Notes: a model not told the origin generated them from the sequence alone. Positions 40,306 through 51,327 are shown, numbered from the stretch's first letter. The stretch: 64,000 nucleotides of DNA from an uncultured Chlamydiae bacterium (GCA_963754655.1 CAVWGN010000001.1:2112001-2176000); one strand, 5' to 3'. Translations and numbers: made by a program.

Positions 40306-40941
40306 CTATTCTTGCTTTTGCTCCCACTGTCTAAACTCAACTTCTATCTGTGCCAAGCGTTTGCGCAATGCTTGTTCAGCCTGAATCCCCTGTTTCGCCA
40401 TTTCTTGCACAAGCTGCCAAAGTTTTTCTCCAGCTTGCTCTTCGGGGGAAAAAGAGTCTTTACTTTTTTGGGAAACAAAGTGTTTGTTCACAAGCTTTTT
40501 AATCATTTTTTGCGCCCTTGCAAGCGCTGGCAAATCCTTGGGAATCCCATCCAAAGCGCTCTTTCGTTCCTCTTTTTTTTCAATTTGCTTGATTTCATCC
40601 CATTGTCTTAAAACCTCTTGAGATGTCTTCAATTTGACTTCTCCAAAAATATGCGGATGCCGTCGCACTAATTTTGCTACGACATGCGTTAAGGCATCTT
40701 GAAGAGTAAAACGCCCTTCTTTTTGCGCAAGTAAACAAAGAAAAACAGCCACGAATAAAAGATCTCCCAATTCCTCTTCAATTTGGCGGTTATCATCCAA
40801 ATCAATGGCTTCAATGACTTCATAGGTTTCCTCAACTAATGAGTGGCGTATGGAGTGTAAAGTTTGTTCCCGGTCCCATGGACAACCGTCAGGTGCAAGC
40901 AATCGCTCAAGAATCTCAATTAATGAATTAAATTCATCCAT
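40306..40941 (-). CDS. mazG: Nucleoside triphosphate pyrophosphohydrolase MazG
   Basis: GCPWDREQT, EETYEVIEAI, EELGDLL, KLVRRHPHIFG. Confidence 0.92.
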   Translation of the reverse strand: MDEFNSLIEILERLLAPDGCPWDREQTLHSIRHSLVEETYEVIEAIDLDDNRQIEEELGDLLFVAVFLCLLAQKEGRFTLQDALTHVVAKLVRRHPHIFGEVKLKTSQEVLRQWDEIKQIEKKEERKSALDGIPKDLPALARAQKMIKKLVNKHFVSQKSKDSFSPEEQAGEKLWQLVQEMAKQGIQAEQALRKRLAQIEVEFRQWEQKQE

Positions 40942-40999
40942 AATGTCTCCTATTAAAAGATAAGATGAAAAAGTAGAAATCGATTATTATCCTCTATCT

Positions 41000-41585
41000 G
41001 AAGTTTTGCAAAATTAATTAATTCAAGTGGAGACAGTCTCAAAGCGTTCATTATATCTGAATTTTGGCATGGTTCAATTGAAGGTAACTTGTTTATGCCG
41101 TCCTTTCAGGACTCGATATCTTTTTGATAGAACCCAGGCCTCCGCTTCGCTGCGACCTGGGCTGTAACATGATGGCCCTTCAGGCCTTAACAAGAGATGT
41201 TTAAGTCCCTCTTCTATAGTCCCTAAATCATCTTTTTGTTAAGGCCTAAAGGGCCGTCCTTTCAGGACTCGATATCTTTTTGATAGAACCCAGGCCTCCG
41301 CTTTGCTGCGACCTGGGCTGTAACATGACGGCCCTTCAGGCCTTAACAAGAGATGTTTAAGTCCCTCTTCTATGGTCCCTAAATCATCTTTTTGTTAAGG
41401 CCTGAAGGGCCGTCATGTTACAGCCCAGGTCGCAGCGAAGCGGAGGCTGGGTTCTATCAAAAAGATATCGAGTCCTGAAAGGACGGCATAAACAAGTTAC
41501 CTTCAATTGAACCATGCCAAAATTCAGATATAATGAACGCTCTAAGACCTGTCTCCACTTGAATTAATTAATTTTGCAAAACTTC
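41000..41585. repeat. ~586-bp REPIN-like foldback, same core as 26273-28817
   Basis: GAAGTTTTGCAAAATTAATTAATTCAAGTGGAGACAG...CTGTCTCCACTTGAATTAATTAATTTTGCAAAACTTC arms, with an internal ~156-bp tandem duplication of the REP plus hairpin unit. Confidence 0.9.
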
Positions 41586-41691
41586 CGCTCTATATTTTGA
41601 AAATGGTGAGATTTCTAACATGAAGAAAGAATTTACAGCAAGTTTTTATCTTATTGATAGTTAGAGAGTTTTAATTATCGAGGTTTAAGGA

Positions 41692-41746
41692 CTAATTTTT
41701 GTTGGGGTTTAAGGGGCTTTGTCCCTTAAACCCCAACAAAAATTAG
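41692..41746. repeat. 55-bp palindrome (hairpin or mini-MITE)
   Basis: CTAATTTTTGTTGGGGTTTAAGGG-gctttgt-CCCTTAAACCCCAACAAAAATTAG. Confidence 0.8.
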
Positions 41747-41864
41747 CATTTTGCAAACCGGCTGCTAGCTCATCTCTTAGCTTGATGCGCATGAGCCCGA
41801 AGTGGAAGCAGTCTATTTTTTTATATTTTTTGAGGGGTGGGAAAAAAGCTTCAAAAATTGAATG

Positions 41865-43914
41865 TCAAGCGCGATCTTGCTGAACAGCAGCCAAGACAAT
41901 TTCTTGATCACTTTGCAAGCTCTCATCTGCAAACTCAAGAGCCAAGCCATCTTGCTGAACGGCAGCCAAGACAATTTCTCGATCACTTTGCAAGCTCTGA
42001 TCTGCATATTGAAGAGCGCAGCCATCTTGCTGAACGGCAGCTAAAACAATTTCTCGGTCATTTTGAAAGCTTTCATCTGCAAACTCAAGAGACCAGCCAT
42101 CTTGCTGAACGACAGCCAATACAATCTCTCGATCTTTTTTAAAGCTTTCATCTGCATATCCAAGAGCCTCGCCATCTTGCTGAACGGCAGCCAAGACAAT
42201 CTCTCGATCTTTTTTAAAGCTTTGATCTGCATAGTAAAGAGCCCAGCTATTTTGCTGAACGGCAACCAAGACAATCTCTCGATCTTTTTTAAGGCTTTCA
42301 TCTGCATATTGAAGAGCCAAGCCCTCTTGCTGAACAGCAGCCAAGACAATCTCTCGATCTTTTTTAAGACTTTTATCTGCATATTCAAGAACCATGCCAC
42401 TTTGTTTAACGGGCCGCCAAGACAATCTCTCGATCTTTTTTAAGGCTTTCATCTGCATAGTAAAGAGCATAGCCATTTTGCTTAACGGCAGCCAAAACAA
42501 TCTCTCGATCTTTTGTAAGACTTTCATCTGCATACTGAAGAGCCAAGCCCTCTTGCTGAACAGCAGCCAAGACAATCTCTCGATCTTTTTTAAGGCTTTC
42601 ATCTACATATTCAAGAGCCACGCCACTTTGTTGAACAGCAGCCAAGACAATTTCTCGATCTTGTTTAAAACCTTTATCTACAAAGGCAAGAGCTCTGCCA
42701 TCTAGCTGAACGGCAGCTAGGACAAACTCTCGGTCTTTTTTAAGGCTTTCATCCGCATCTAGAAGAGCCTGAACATCTTGATAAACAGCATCTAAGACAA
42801 TCTCTCGATCTTTTTTAAGGCTTTCATCTGCAAACTTAAGAGCCATGCCATCTTCCTGAACGGCAGTCATGACAATTTCTTGATCTTTTTTAAAGCTTCC
42901 ATCTGCATATTCAAGAGCACTGCCAGCTTGCTGAACGGCAGCCAAGACAATCTCCCGATCTTTTTTAAGGCTTTCATCTACATATTCAAGAACATAGCCG
43001 CTTTGCTGAACGGCAGCTAAGACAATCTCCCGATCTTTTTTAAGGCTTTCATCTGCAAACTTAAGAACCCCGCCATCTTCCTGAACGGCAGCTAAGACAA
43101 TTTCCCGATCTTTTTTAAGGCTTTCATCTACATATTCAAGAGCCAAGCCATCTTTCTGAACAACAGACAAGACAATTTCTCGATCTTTTTTAAGGTCATC
43201 ACGTATAGCAAAAACAGAACTTCCAAAACACTGACTAATGTGCATCAAAATTTCTTTATCATTAAAATTGGGAATTTTTTTAAGGGTAGAGATAATAGAG
43301 CTTCCTGCCTGATCCCATTCCTCTATATATTCTCGACCACCATAATAAAGTTTAATAAATTCATTTTTGATAATGGTTAATCTTTGCTCATCATTACCTA
43401 ATATAAGAGAGTTTAAAATAGACAATTGCTCTTCCGCTACCTGCCGAATGTTTTTATTGGCGCTCCTTTTGCAAACTTCAGGATTCCATAGATAGCGATC
43501 CAAAAGAGAAAGAAATAAGCTCTTTGCGTAAAATAATTGTGAATCAACCATTAACAAATGCCTAAATCCTTCTTTTTGGCAAAATAGGAATCGATCTATC
43601 AGTTTAAATTCCTGAGGGGTAAAATGCTCCTTTTGCTTAGTTTTGATACACTCTTGAGGAAATTTGATAGTGGATGGACGATGCACTGTAAGTTGAAAAA
43701 GAGTCCGTAGCAATGAGATACAAGGATTCTTCTCAAAAATGTGTTTCCATTTTTTACAGGTCAGTAAAATAGAAGAAATGTCATGCATAGAGCAGCTTTG
43801 ATTGACAACCTGATCAAAAATAATTCCTAACACATCCTGAGGAATTAATATGTCTAAGAAAGCTTCATTTGTAGTGTTTGGCATTGTAGGTGAATGAAGA
43901 AAGAGAGTTTTCAT
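41865..43914 (-). pseudogene. F-box-like/DUF4116 repeat protein, copy 1 (frameshift near 42412)
   Basis: ORF 42406-43914 plus downstream repeats in another frame to 41865; AACGGGCCGCC has one extra G compared with AACGGCCGCC in the paralogs. Confidence 0.8.
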
Positions 43915-44197
43915 AATTGTTCCTTAAAGCAAGGGATTAGTATTACCCGATTTTTTACAATTGTAAAAAGTTGAGATTAAAGATTTGCATTAAAAAATAT
44001 TTTTAATTTAAAATAGTTACATCTTTTAATTTTTATAGATTTATAACATAAATTAAGAAATTTAGTACAAAATTAAGTTTTGTTTGGATAAGACCTTCAA
44101 GAATAAAAGTGATCAAACTGAACTTTCCTTGGAAAACCTTATGCCATGCTTCCCCCTGGCTTGTATTTCTTGGGAAAAAAGCTTCAAAAATTGAATG

Positions 44198-45796
44198 TCA
44201 AGCGAGATCTTGCTGAACGGCAGCCAAGACAATTTCTTGATCACTTTGCAAGCTCTCATCTGCAAACTCAAGAGCCAAGCCATCTTGCTGAACGGCAGCC
44301 AAGACAATTTCTCGATCACTTTGCAAGCTCTGATCTGCATATTCAAGAGCGCAGCCATCTTGTTGAACGGCAGCTAAAACAATTTCTCGGTCATTTTGAA
44401 AGCTTTCATCTGCAAACTCAAGAGACCAGCCATCTTGCTGAACGGCAGCCAAGACAATCTCTCGATCTTTTTTAAGGCTTTCATCTGCATATCCAAGAGC
44501 CTCGCCATTTTGCTGAACAGCAGCCAATACAATCTCTCGATCTTTTTCAAAGCTTTCATCTGCATATTGAAGAGCATATCCATCTTGCTGAACGGCAGCC
44601 AAGACAATCTCTCGATCTTTTTTAAAGCTTTCATCTGCATATCCAAGAGCCTCGCCATCTTGCTGGACGGCAATCAAGACAATTTCTCGATCTTTTTTAA
44701 AGCTTGCATTTGCATATTGAAGAGCCAAGCCATCTTGCCGAACGGCAGCCAAGACAATCTCTCGATCTTTTTTAAGGCTTTCATCTGCATATTGAAGAAC
44801 CCAGCCCTTTTTCTGAACGGCAACTAAGACAATCTCTCGATCTTTTGTAAGGTTTTCATCTGCATAGTAAAGAGCATTGCCATCTTGCTGAACGGCAGCC
44901 AAGACAATCTCTCGATCTTTTTTAAGGCTTTCATCTGCAAACTCAAGAAATTTACCATCTTGCTGAACGACAGCCAAGACAATCTCTCGATCTTTTTTAA
45001 AACTTTCATCTGCATAGAAAAAAGCCCTGCTATCTTGCTGAACAACCGTTAAGACAATGTCGCGATCTTTTTTAAGGCTGTCACGTATATCAAAAACAGA
45101 ACGTCCAAAAAACAGACCAATCTGCATAAAAATTTCTTTATCATTAAAAGTGGGAATTTCTTTAAGGGTGGAGATGATAGAGTGTTCTGCTTCATACCAC
45201 TTCCCTGTTACTCGACCGCCACAGTAAAGTTTTTTAATAAATTCATTTTTGATAATGGTTAGTCTTTGTTCATCACTACCTGATACAAGAGAGTTTAAAA
45301 TAGACAATTGATCTTCTGCCAACTGCCGAATATTGTTATTAGCGCTCTTTTTGCACTTTTCAGGATCCCATATATAGCGATCCAAAAGACAAAGAAATAA
45401 ACTCTTCGGATGAAATAATTGTGAATCAACCATTAACAATTTTTCCAATGTTAGCTTCCGGTAAAAAAGGACTTGATCTATCAGTTTAAATTCCTGAGGA
45501 GTAAAATGCTCCTTTTGCTTAGTTTGTATACATTCCTGGGGAAATGTGATAGGGAAGGGATACTCCTCTTTAAGTTGAAAAAGAGTCTGTAGCAATGAGA
45601 TACAAGGACCCTTCTCAAAAATGTGTTTCCATTTTTTACAGGTCAGTAAAATAGAAGAGATGTCATGCATAGAGGGGCTTTGATTGACAACCTGATCAAA
45701 AATAATTCCTAACACATCATGAGGAAGTAATGTGTCTAAGAAAGCTTCGTTTGTAGTGTTTGGCATTGTAGGCGAATGGAGAAAAAGAGTTTTCAT
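44198..45796 (-). CDS. F-box-like/DUF4116 repeat protein, copy 2
   Basis: LLPHDVLGIIFDQV...ILLTCKKWKHI F-box-like motif plus ~11 repeats of ADESxKKDREIVLAAVQQxGxALxY. Confidence 0.88.
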   Translation of the reverse strand: MKTLFLHSPTMPNTTNEAFLDTLLPHDVLGIIFDQVVNQSPSMHDISSILLTCKKWKHIFEKGPCISLLQTLFQLKEEYPFPITFPQECIQTKQKEHFTPQEFKLIDQVLFYRKLTLEKLLMVDSQLFHPKSLFLCLLDRYIWDPEKCKKSANNNIRQLAEDQLSILNSLVSGSDEQRLTIIKNEFIKKLYCGGRVTGKWYEAEHSIISTLKEIPTFNDKEIFMQIGLFFGRSVFDIRDSLKKDRDIVLTVVQQDSRAFFYADESFKKDREIVLAVVQQDGKFLEFADESLKKDREIVLAAVQQDGNALYYADENLTKDREIVLVAVQKKGWVLQYADESLKKDREIVLAAVRQDGLALQYANASFKKDREIVLIAVQQDGEALGYADESFKKDREIVLAAVQQDGYALQYADESFEKDREIVLAAVQQNGEALGYADESLKKDREIVLAAVQQDGWSLEFADESFQNDREIVLAAVQQDGCALEYADQSLQSDREIVLAAVQQDGLALEFADESLQSDQEIVLAAVQQDLA

Positions 45797-46181
45797 AATT
45801 GTTCCTTAAGACAAGTGATTAGGATTACTCGACTTTTTACAATTATAAAAAGTCGAGATTAAAAGTTGTATTAAACAAAATATTTTTTAATTTACAAACA
45901 TTAAATCTTTTAGTTTTTATAGATTTATAACATAAATTAATAAATTTATTACACTATTAAATTTTGTTTAGATAAGACCATCGAGAATAGAAGTGATCAA
46001 ATAACTAGCGCCGCTCTAACTGCTTGATGCAGGCTCCGTTTGACAGGCTCGTAAGATAGCGTAGCATCTTTTCAAATGTTTTTGCCCATAAAAGCCACCT
46101 GAAATTTCCTTGGAAAGCCTTATGCCACGCTCCTCTCTGGCTGGTATTTCTTCTTGGAGAAAAAGCTTCAAGAATTGAAGG

Positions 46182-47792
46182 TCAAGCGCCATCTTGCTTA
46201 ACAGCAATCAAGACAATTTCTTGATCATTTTGAAAGCTTTCATCTGCAAACTGAAGAACCCTACCATCTTGCTGAATGGCAGCCAAGACAATGTCTCGAT
46301 CTTTTTTAAGGCTTTCATCTGCATATTTAAGAGCCCAGCCATCTTGCTGAACGGCCGCCAAGACAATTTCTCGATCACTTTGCAAGCTTTCACCTGCAAA
46401 CTCAAGAGCGCAGCCAGCTTGCTGAACGGCAGCTAAAACAATTTCTCGATCACTTTGCAAGCTTTCATCTGCATAGTGAAGAGCCCTACCAGCTTGCTGA
46501 ACGGCAGCCAAGACAATTTCTTGATCATTTTGCAAGCTTTCATCTGCATATTGAAGAGCCCTACCAGCTTGCTGAACGGCAGCCAAGACAATTTCTTGAT
46601 CATTTTGCAAGCTTTCATCTGCAAACTCAAGAGCGCAGCCAGCTTGCTGAACGGCAGCCAAGACAATTTCTCGATCTTTTTTAAAGCTTGCATTTGCATA
46701 TTGAAGAGTTATGCTATTTTGCTGAATGGCAGCCAAGACAATCTCGCGATCACTTTGTAAGCTTTCATCTGCATATGCAAGAGCTCTGCTATTTTGCTTA
46801 ACAGCAGCCAAGACAATCTCTCGATTTTTTCTTAGACTTTCATCTGCATATTCAAGAGCCCAGCCACATTGATTAACAGCAGCTAAGATAATCTCTCGAT
46901 CACTTTGTAAGCTTTCATATGCATATTCAAGAACCCAGCCATTTTGCTGAACGGCAGCCAAGACAATCTCTCGATCTTTTTTAAAACTTTCATCTGCATA
47001 ATCAACAAGAGCCCTGCCATCTTGCTGAACGACCGCCAAGACAATGTCGCGATCTTCTTTAAGGCTGTCACGTATATCAAAAACAGAACGTCCAAAACAA
47101 TGGCCAATATGCATAAAAATTTCTTTATCATTAAAATTGGGAATTTTTTTAAGGGTAGAGATAATAGAGTCTTTTACCAAAGACCACTTCTCTGTTGCTC
47201 GGCCGCCACAGTAAAGTTTTTTAATAAATTCATTTTTGATAATGGTTAGTCTTTGCTCATCACTACCTGATACAAGAGAGTTTAAAATAGACAATTGCTT
47301 CTTTGCTACTTGCCGGATGTTTTGATTGGCGCTAGTTATGCAAACTTTAGGATCCCATGAATAGCGATCCAAAAGAGAAAGAAATAAACTCTTCGGATGA
47401 AATAATTGTGAATCAACCATTAACAGTTTTTCCAATTTTTCCAATCCAAACCTTCGGTCAAATAGAACTTGATCTATCAGTTTAAACTCCTGAGGGGTAA
47501 AACGCTCCTTTTGCTTAGTTTGTATACATTCCTGAGGGAATGTGATAGGGAATGGATGCTTCTCTTTAAATTGAAAAAGAGTCTGTAGCAATGAGATACA
47601 AGGATTCTTCTCAAAAATGTGTTTCCATTTTTTACAGGTCAATAAAATAGAAGAAATGTCAGGCATAGAATGGCTTTGATTGACAATCTGATCAAAAATA
47701 ATTCCTAACACATCATGAGGAAGTAATGTATCTAATGAAGCTTCATTGGTAGTGTTTGGCATTGTAGGTGAATGAAGAAAGAGAGTTTTCAT
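46182..47792 (-). CDS. F-box-like/DUF4116 repeat protein, copy 3
   Basis: Same architecture, 536 aa. Confidence 0.88.
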   Translation of the reverse strand: MKTLFLHSPTMPNTTNEASLDTLLPHDVLGIIFDQIVNQSHSMPDISSILLTCKKWKHIFEKNPCISLLQTLFQFKEKHPFPITFPQECIQTKQKERFTPQEFKLIDQVLFDRRFGLEKLEKLLMVDSQLFHPKSLFLSLLDRYSWDPKVCITSANQNIRQVAKKQLSILNSLVSGSDEQRLTIIKNEFIKKLYCGGRATEKWSLVKDSIISTLKKIPNFNDKEIFMHIGHCFGRSVFDIRDSLKEDRDIVLAVVQQDGRALVDYADESFKKDREIVLAAVQQNGWVLEYAYESLQSDREIILAAVNQCGWALEYADESLRKNREIVLAAVKQNSRALAYADESLQSDREIVLAAIQQNSITLQYANASFKKDREIVLAAVQQAGCALEFADESLQNDQEIVLAAVQQAGRALQYADESLQNDQEIVLAAVQQAGRALHYADESLQSDREIVLAAVQQAGCALEFAGESLQSDREIVLAAVQQDGWALKYADESLKKDRDIVLAAIQQDGRVLQFADESFQNDQEIVLIAVKQDGA

Positions 47793-48179
47793 AATTGTTC
47801 CTTAAGGCAAGTGATTAGGATTACTCGACTTTTTACAATTATAAAAAGTCGATATTAAAAGCTTGTATTAAACAAAATATTTTTTAATTTACAAAAATTA
47901 AATATTTTAGTTTTTATAAATTTATAACATAAATTAATAAATTTAGTACACTATTAAATTTTGTTTAGATAAGACCATCAAGAATAGAAGTGATCAAATC
48001 ACTAGCGCCCCTCTAACTGCTTGATGCAAGCTCCGTTTGACAGGTTCGTAAGATAGCGTAGCATCTTTTCAAATGTTTTTGCCCATAAAAGCCACCTGAA
48101 ATTTCCTTGGAAAGCCTTATGCCACGCTCCTCCCTGGCTGGTATTTCTTCTTGGGAGAAAAAGCTTCAAGAATTGAACG

Positions 48180-50090
48180 TCAAGCGCCATCTTGCTCAAC
48201 AACAGCTAAGACAATTTCTTGATCATTTTGAAAGCTTTCATCTGCATATATAAGAGCCTCTCCATCTTGCTTAACAGCAACCAAGACAATCTCTCGATCT
48301 TTTTTAAGGCCTTTATCTGCAAACTCGAGAGCCAAGCCATATTGCTGAACGGCAGCCAAGACAATTTCTCGATCACTTTGCAAGCTTTCATCTGCATATT
48401 CAAGAGCATCGCCATATTGCTGAACAGCAGCCGAGACAATCTCTCGATCTTTTTTAAGGCTTTCATCTGCAAACTCAAGAGCCAAGCCATCTTGCTGAAC
48501 AGCAGCCAAAACAAGTTCTCGATCCCTTTGCAAGCTTTCATCTGCAAACTCAAGAGCATCGCCATCTTGCTGAACAGCAGCTAAGACAATCTCTCGATCT
48601 TTTTTAAGGCTTTCATCTGCATAGTAAAGAGCTCGGCCATTTTGCTGAACAGCAGCCAAGACAACCTCTCGATCTTTTTTAAAGCCTTCATCTGCATAGA
48701 GAAGAGCCCCACCATCTTGCTGAACAGCAGCCAAGACAATCTCTCGATCTTTTTTAAAGCCTTCATCTGCATATTCAAGAGCGTTGCCAATTTGCTGAAC
48801 GGCAGCCAAGACGGCAATCAAAACCATCTCTCGATCTTTTTTAAAGCTTTCATCTGCATATTTAAGAGCATTGCCATCTTGCTTAACAGCAGCCAAGACA
48901 ATCTCTCGATCTTTTTTAAAGCTTTCATCTGCATATTCAAGAACATTGCCATGTTGCTTAACAGCAGCCAAGACAATTTCTCGATCATTTTGAAAGCTTT
49001 CATCTGCAACTTCAAGAGCATAGCCATTTTGCTTAACAGCAGCCAAAACAATCTCTCGATCTTTTTTAAAGCTTTCGTCTGCATATTGAAGAGCATAGCC
49101 ATGTTGCTTAACAGCAGCCAAGACAATCTCTCGATCTTTTTGAAGGCTTTCATCTGCAAATTGAAGAACATTGCCATGTTGCTTAACAGCAGCCAAGACA
49201 ATTTCTCGATCTTTTTTAAAGCTTTCATCTGCAACTGCGAGAGCCAAGGCTTTTTGCTGAACGGCAACCAAGACAATCTCTCGATCTTTTTTAAGGCTTG
49301 CATCTGCATATTGAAGAGCCCAGCCATCTTGCTGAACGGCAGCCAAGACAATCTCTCGATCTTTTCCAAGGCCGTCATGTATAGCAAAAACAGAAACTCC
49401 GAAACACCGACCAATATGCATAAAAATTTCTTTATCATTAAAATTGGGAATTTTTTTAAGGGTAGAGATAATAGAGTCTATTACCGGAGACCACTTCCCT
49501 TTTGCTTGACCGCCACAGTAAAGTTTTTTAATAAATTCATTTTTGATAATGGTTAGTCTTTGCTCATCACTACCTAATATAAGAGAGGTTAAAATAAACA
49601 ATTGCTTTTTCGCTACTTGCCGGATGTTTTGATTGGCGCTCGATTTGCAAACTTCAGGATTCCATGGATAGCGATCCAAAAGAGAAAGAAATAAACTCTT
49701 CGGTTGAAATAATTGTGAATCAACCATTAACAATTTTTCCAATTTTAGCTCTTGATAAAGTAGGACTCGATCTATCAGTTTAAATTCCTGAGAAGTAAAA
49801 CGCTCCTTTTGCTTAGTTTGTATACATTCCTGAGGAAATGTGATAGGAAATGGATAATTCTTTTTAAGTTGAAAAAGAGTTCGTAGCAAGGAGATACAAG
49901 GATTCTTCTCAAAAATGTGTTTCCATTTTTTACAGGTCAGTAAAATAGAAGAGATGTCATGCATAGAGGGGCTTTGATTAACAACCTGATCAAAAATAAC
50001 CCCTAAAAGCTCATTAGGAATTAATGTGTCTAAGAAAGCTTCGTTTGTAGCGTTTAGCATTGTAGGTGAATAAAGAAAGAGAGGTTTCAA
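48180..50090 (-). CDS. F-box-like/DUF4116 repeat protein, copy 4 (TTG start)
   Basis: Same architecture, 636 aa; the start is TTG where paralogs have ATG. Confidence 0.85.
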   Translation of the reverse strand: MKPLFLYSPTMLNATNEAFLDTLIPNELLGVIFDQVVNQSPSMHDISSILLTCKKWKHIFEKNPCISLLRTLFQLKKNYPFPITFPQECIQTKQKERFTSQEFKLIDRVLLYQELKLEKLLMVDSQLFQPKSLFLSLLDRYPWNPEVCKSSANQNIRQVAKKQLFILTSLILGSDEQRLTIIKNEFIKKLYCGGQAKGKWSPVIDSIISTLKKIPNFNDKEIFMHIGRCFGVSVFAIHDGLGKDREIVLAAVQQDGWALQYADASLKKDREIVLVAVQQKALALAVADESFKKDREIVLAAVKQHGNVLQFADESLQKDREIVLAAVKQHGYALQYADESFKKDREIVLAAVKQNGYALEVADESFQNDREIVLAAVKQHGNVLEYADESFKKDREIVLAAVKQDGNALKYADESFKKDREMVLIAVLAAVQQIGNALEYADEGFKKDREIVLAAVQQDGGALLYADEGFKKDREVVLAAVQQNGRALYYADESLKKDREIVLAAVQQDGDALEFADESLQRDRELVLAAVQQDGLALEFADESLKKDREIVSAAVQQYGDALEYADESLQSDREIVLAAVQQYGLALEFADKGLKKDREIVLVAVKQDGEALIYADESFQNDQEIVLAVVEQDGA

Positions 50091-50210
50091 AATTGTTCCT
50101 TAAGGCAAGTGATTAGTATTAATTGACTTTTACAATTGTAAAAATTCAAATTAAAATATTGGATAAAAAAATATTTTTTAATTTAAAATAATTAAATATT
50201 TTATTTTTTT

Positions 50211-50300
50211 AGGAGTTACGCAGTTGAACTATTTTCTCCTCTGAGTGTTAATGATTTTATCATTTGAAGCTCAGAGGAGAAAATAGTTCAACTGCTTAAT
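50211..50300. mobile_element. ~90-bp palindromic insertion in the copy 4 upstream region
   Basis: GCAGTTGAACTATTTTCTCCTCTGAG...CTCAGAGGAGAAAATAGTTCAACTGC, absent from the homologous spacers of the other copies. Confidence 0.8.
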
Positions 50301-50566
50301 TTTTATTTTTGTAAATTTATAACATAAACTAACAAATTTGTACAATATTAAATTTTGTTTGGATAAGATTATCAAGAATAGAAGTAATCAAATAACTGGC
50401 GCCTCTAACTGCTTGATGCAGGCTCCGTTTGACAGGTTCGTAAGATAGCTAGCCTCTTTCAAATGTTTTTGTTCATAAAAGCTACCTGAACTTTCCTTGG
50501 AAAACCTTATGCCACGCTCCTCGCTGGCTTGTATTTCTTGAGAGAAAAAGCTTCAAAAATTGAACG

Positions 50567-51046
50567 TCAAGCGCGATCTTGCTGAACAGCAACCAAGACA
50601 ATTTCTTGATCATTTTGAAAGCTTTCATCTGCATATTCAATAGCCTGCCATCTTGCTGAACAGCAGCCAAAACAATTTCTCGATCATTTTGAAAGCTTCA
50701 TCTGCAACTTCAAGAGCATAGCCATTTTGCTTAACAGCAGCCAAAACAATCTCTCGATTTTTTCTTAGGGTTTCATCTGCATATTTAAGAGCTCAGCCAT
50801 CTTGATTAACAGCAGCTAAGACAATCTCTCGATCTTTTTTAAGGCTTTCATCCGCATATTTAAGAGCCAAACCATATCGCTGAACAGCAGCCAAGACAAT
50901 CTCTCTATCTTTTTTCAAGCTTTTATCTGTATATTGAAGGGCCCTGCCATCTTGCTGAACAACAACCCGGACAATTTCTCGATCTTTTTCAAGGCCATCA
51001 CATATAGCAAAAACAAAACATCCAAAACACCGACCAATCTGCATTA
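50567..51046 (-). pseudogene. DUF4116 repeat gene remnant, copy 5 (N-terminus lost)
   Basis: Begins at LMQIGRCFG fused to a MITE; in-frame TGA at 50793 and a frameshift near 50697. Confidence 0.85.
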
Positions 51047-51310
51047 GCGGCGGGTAGCCGCTTTCAGTGGGAAGCCCTGTATGAAGCGAGCTTGCGAGCG
51101 GAATGCGGGGTGTAGGCAAGATAGCATTGAGCTGCGGAAGCAGCGTAAGATCACTCACACCGCTTCCGCGGTTTATATTTTATTGATGGCTACCCCGCAT
51201 TCCACTCGCAAGCTCGCTTCATACAGGGCTTCCCACTGAAAGGGGCTACCGCCGCCCTACCATTTCGTATCGATCTGCTAAAAAATATAAACTCCCAGAT
51301 TTAATCACAC
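51045..51310. mobile_element. Palindromic MITE-like element, copy B (left end truncated)
   Basis: Near-identical to ~12476-12738. Confidence 0.88.
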
Positions 51311-51327
51311 TCAGAAGGCCAGAAGAT

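Noticed and set aside
48002..48202. Trailer ORF as an IS5 transposase C-terminus (GNFRWLL...ACIKQL)
   Set aside because: Only a faint resemblance, the frame is not conserved across copies, and no IS ends are seen.
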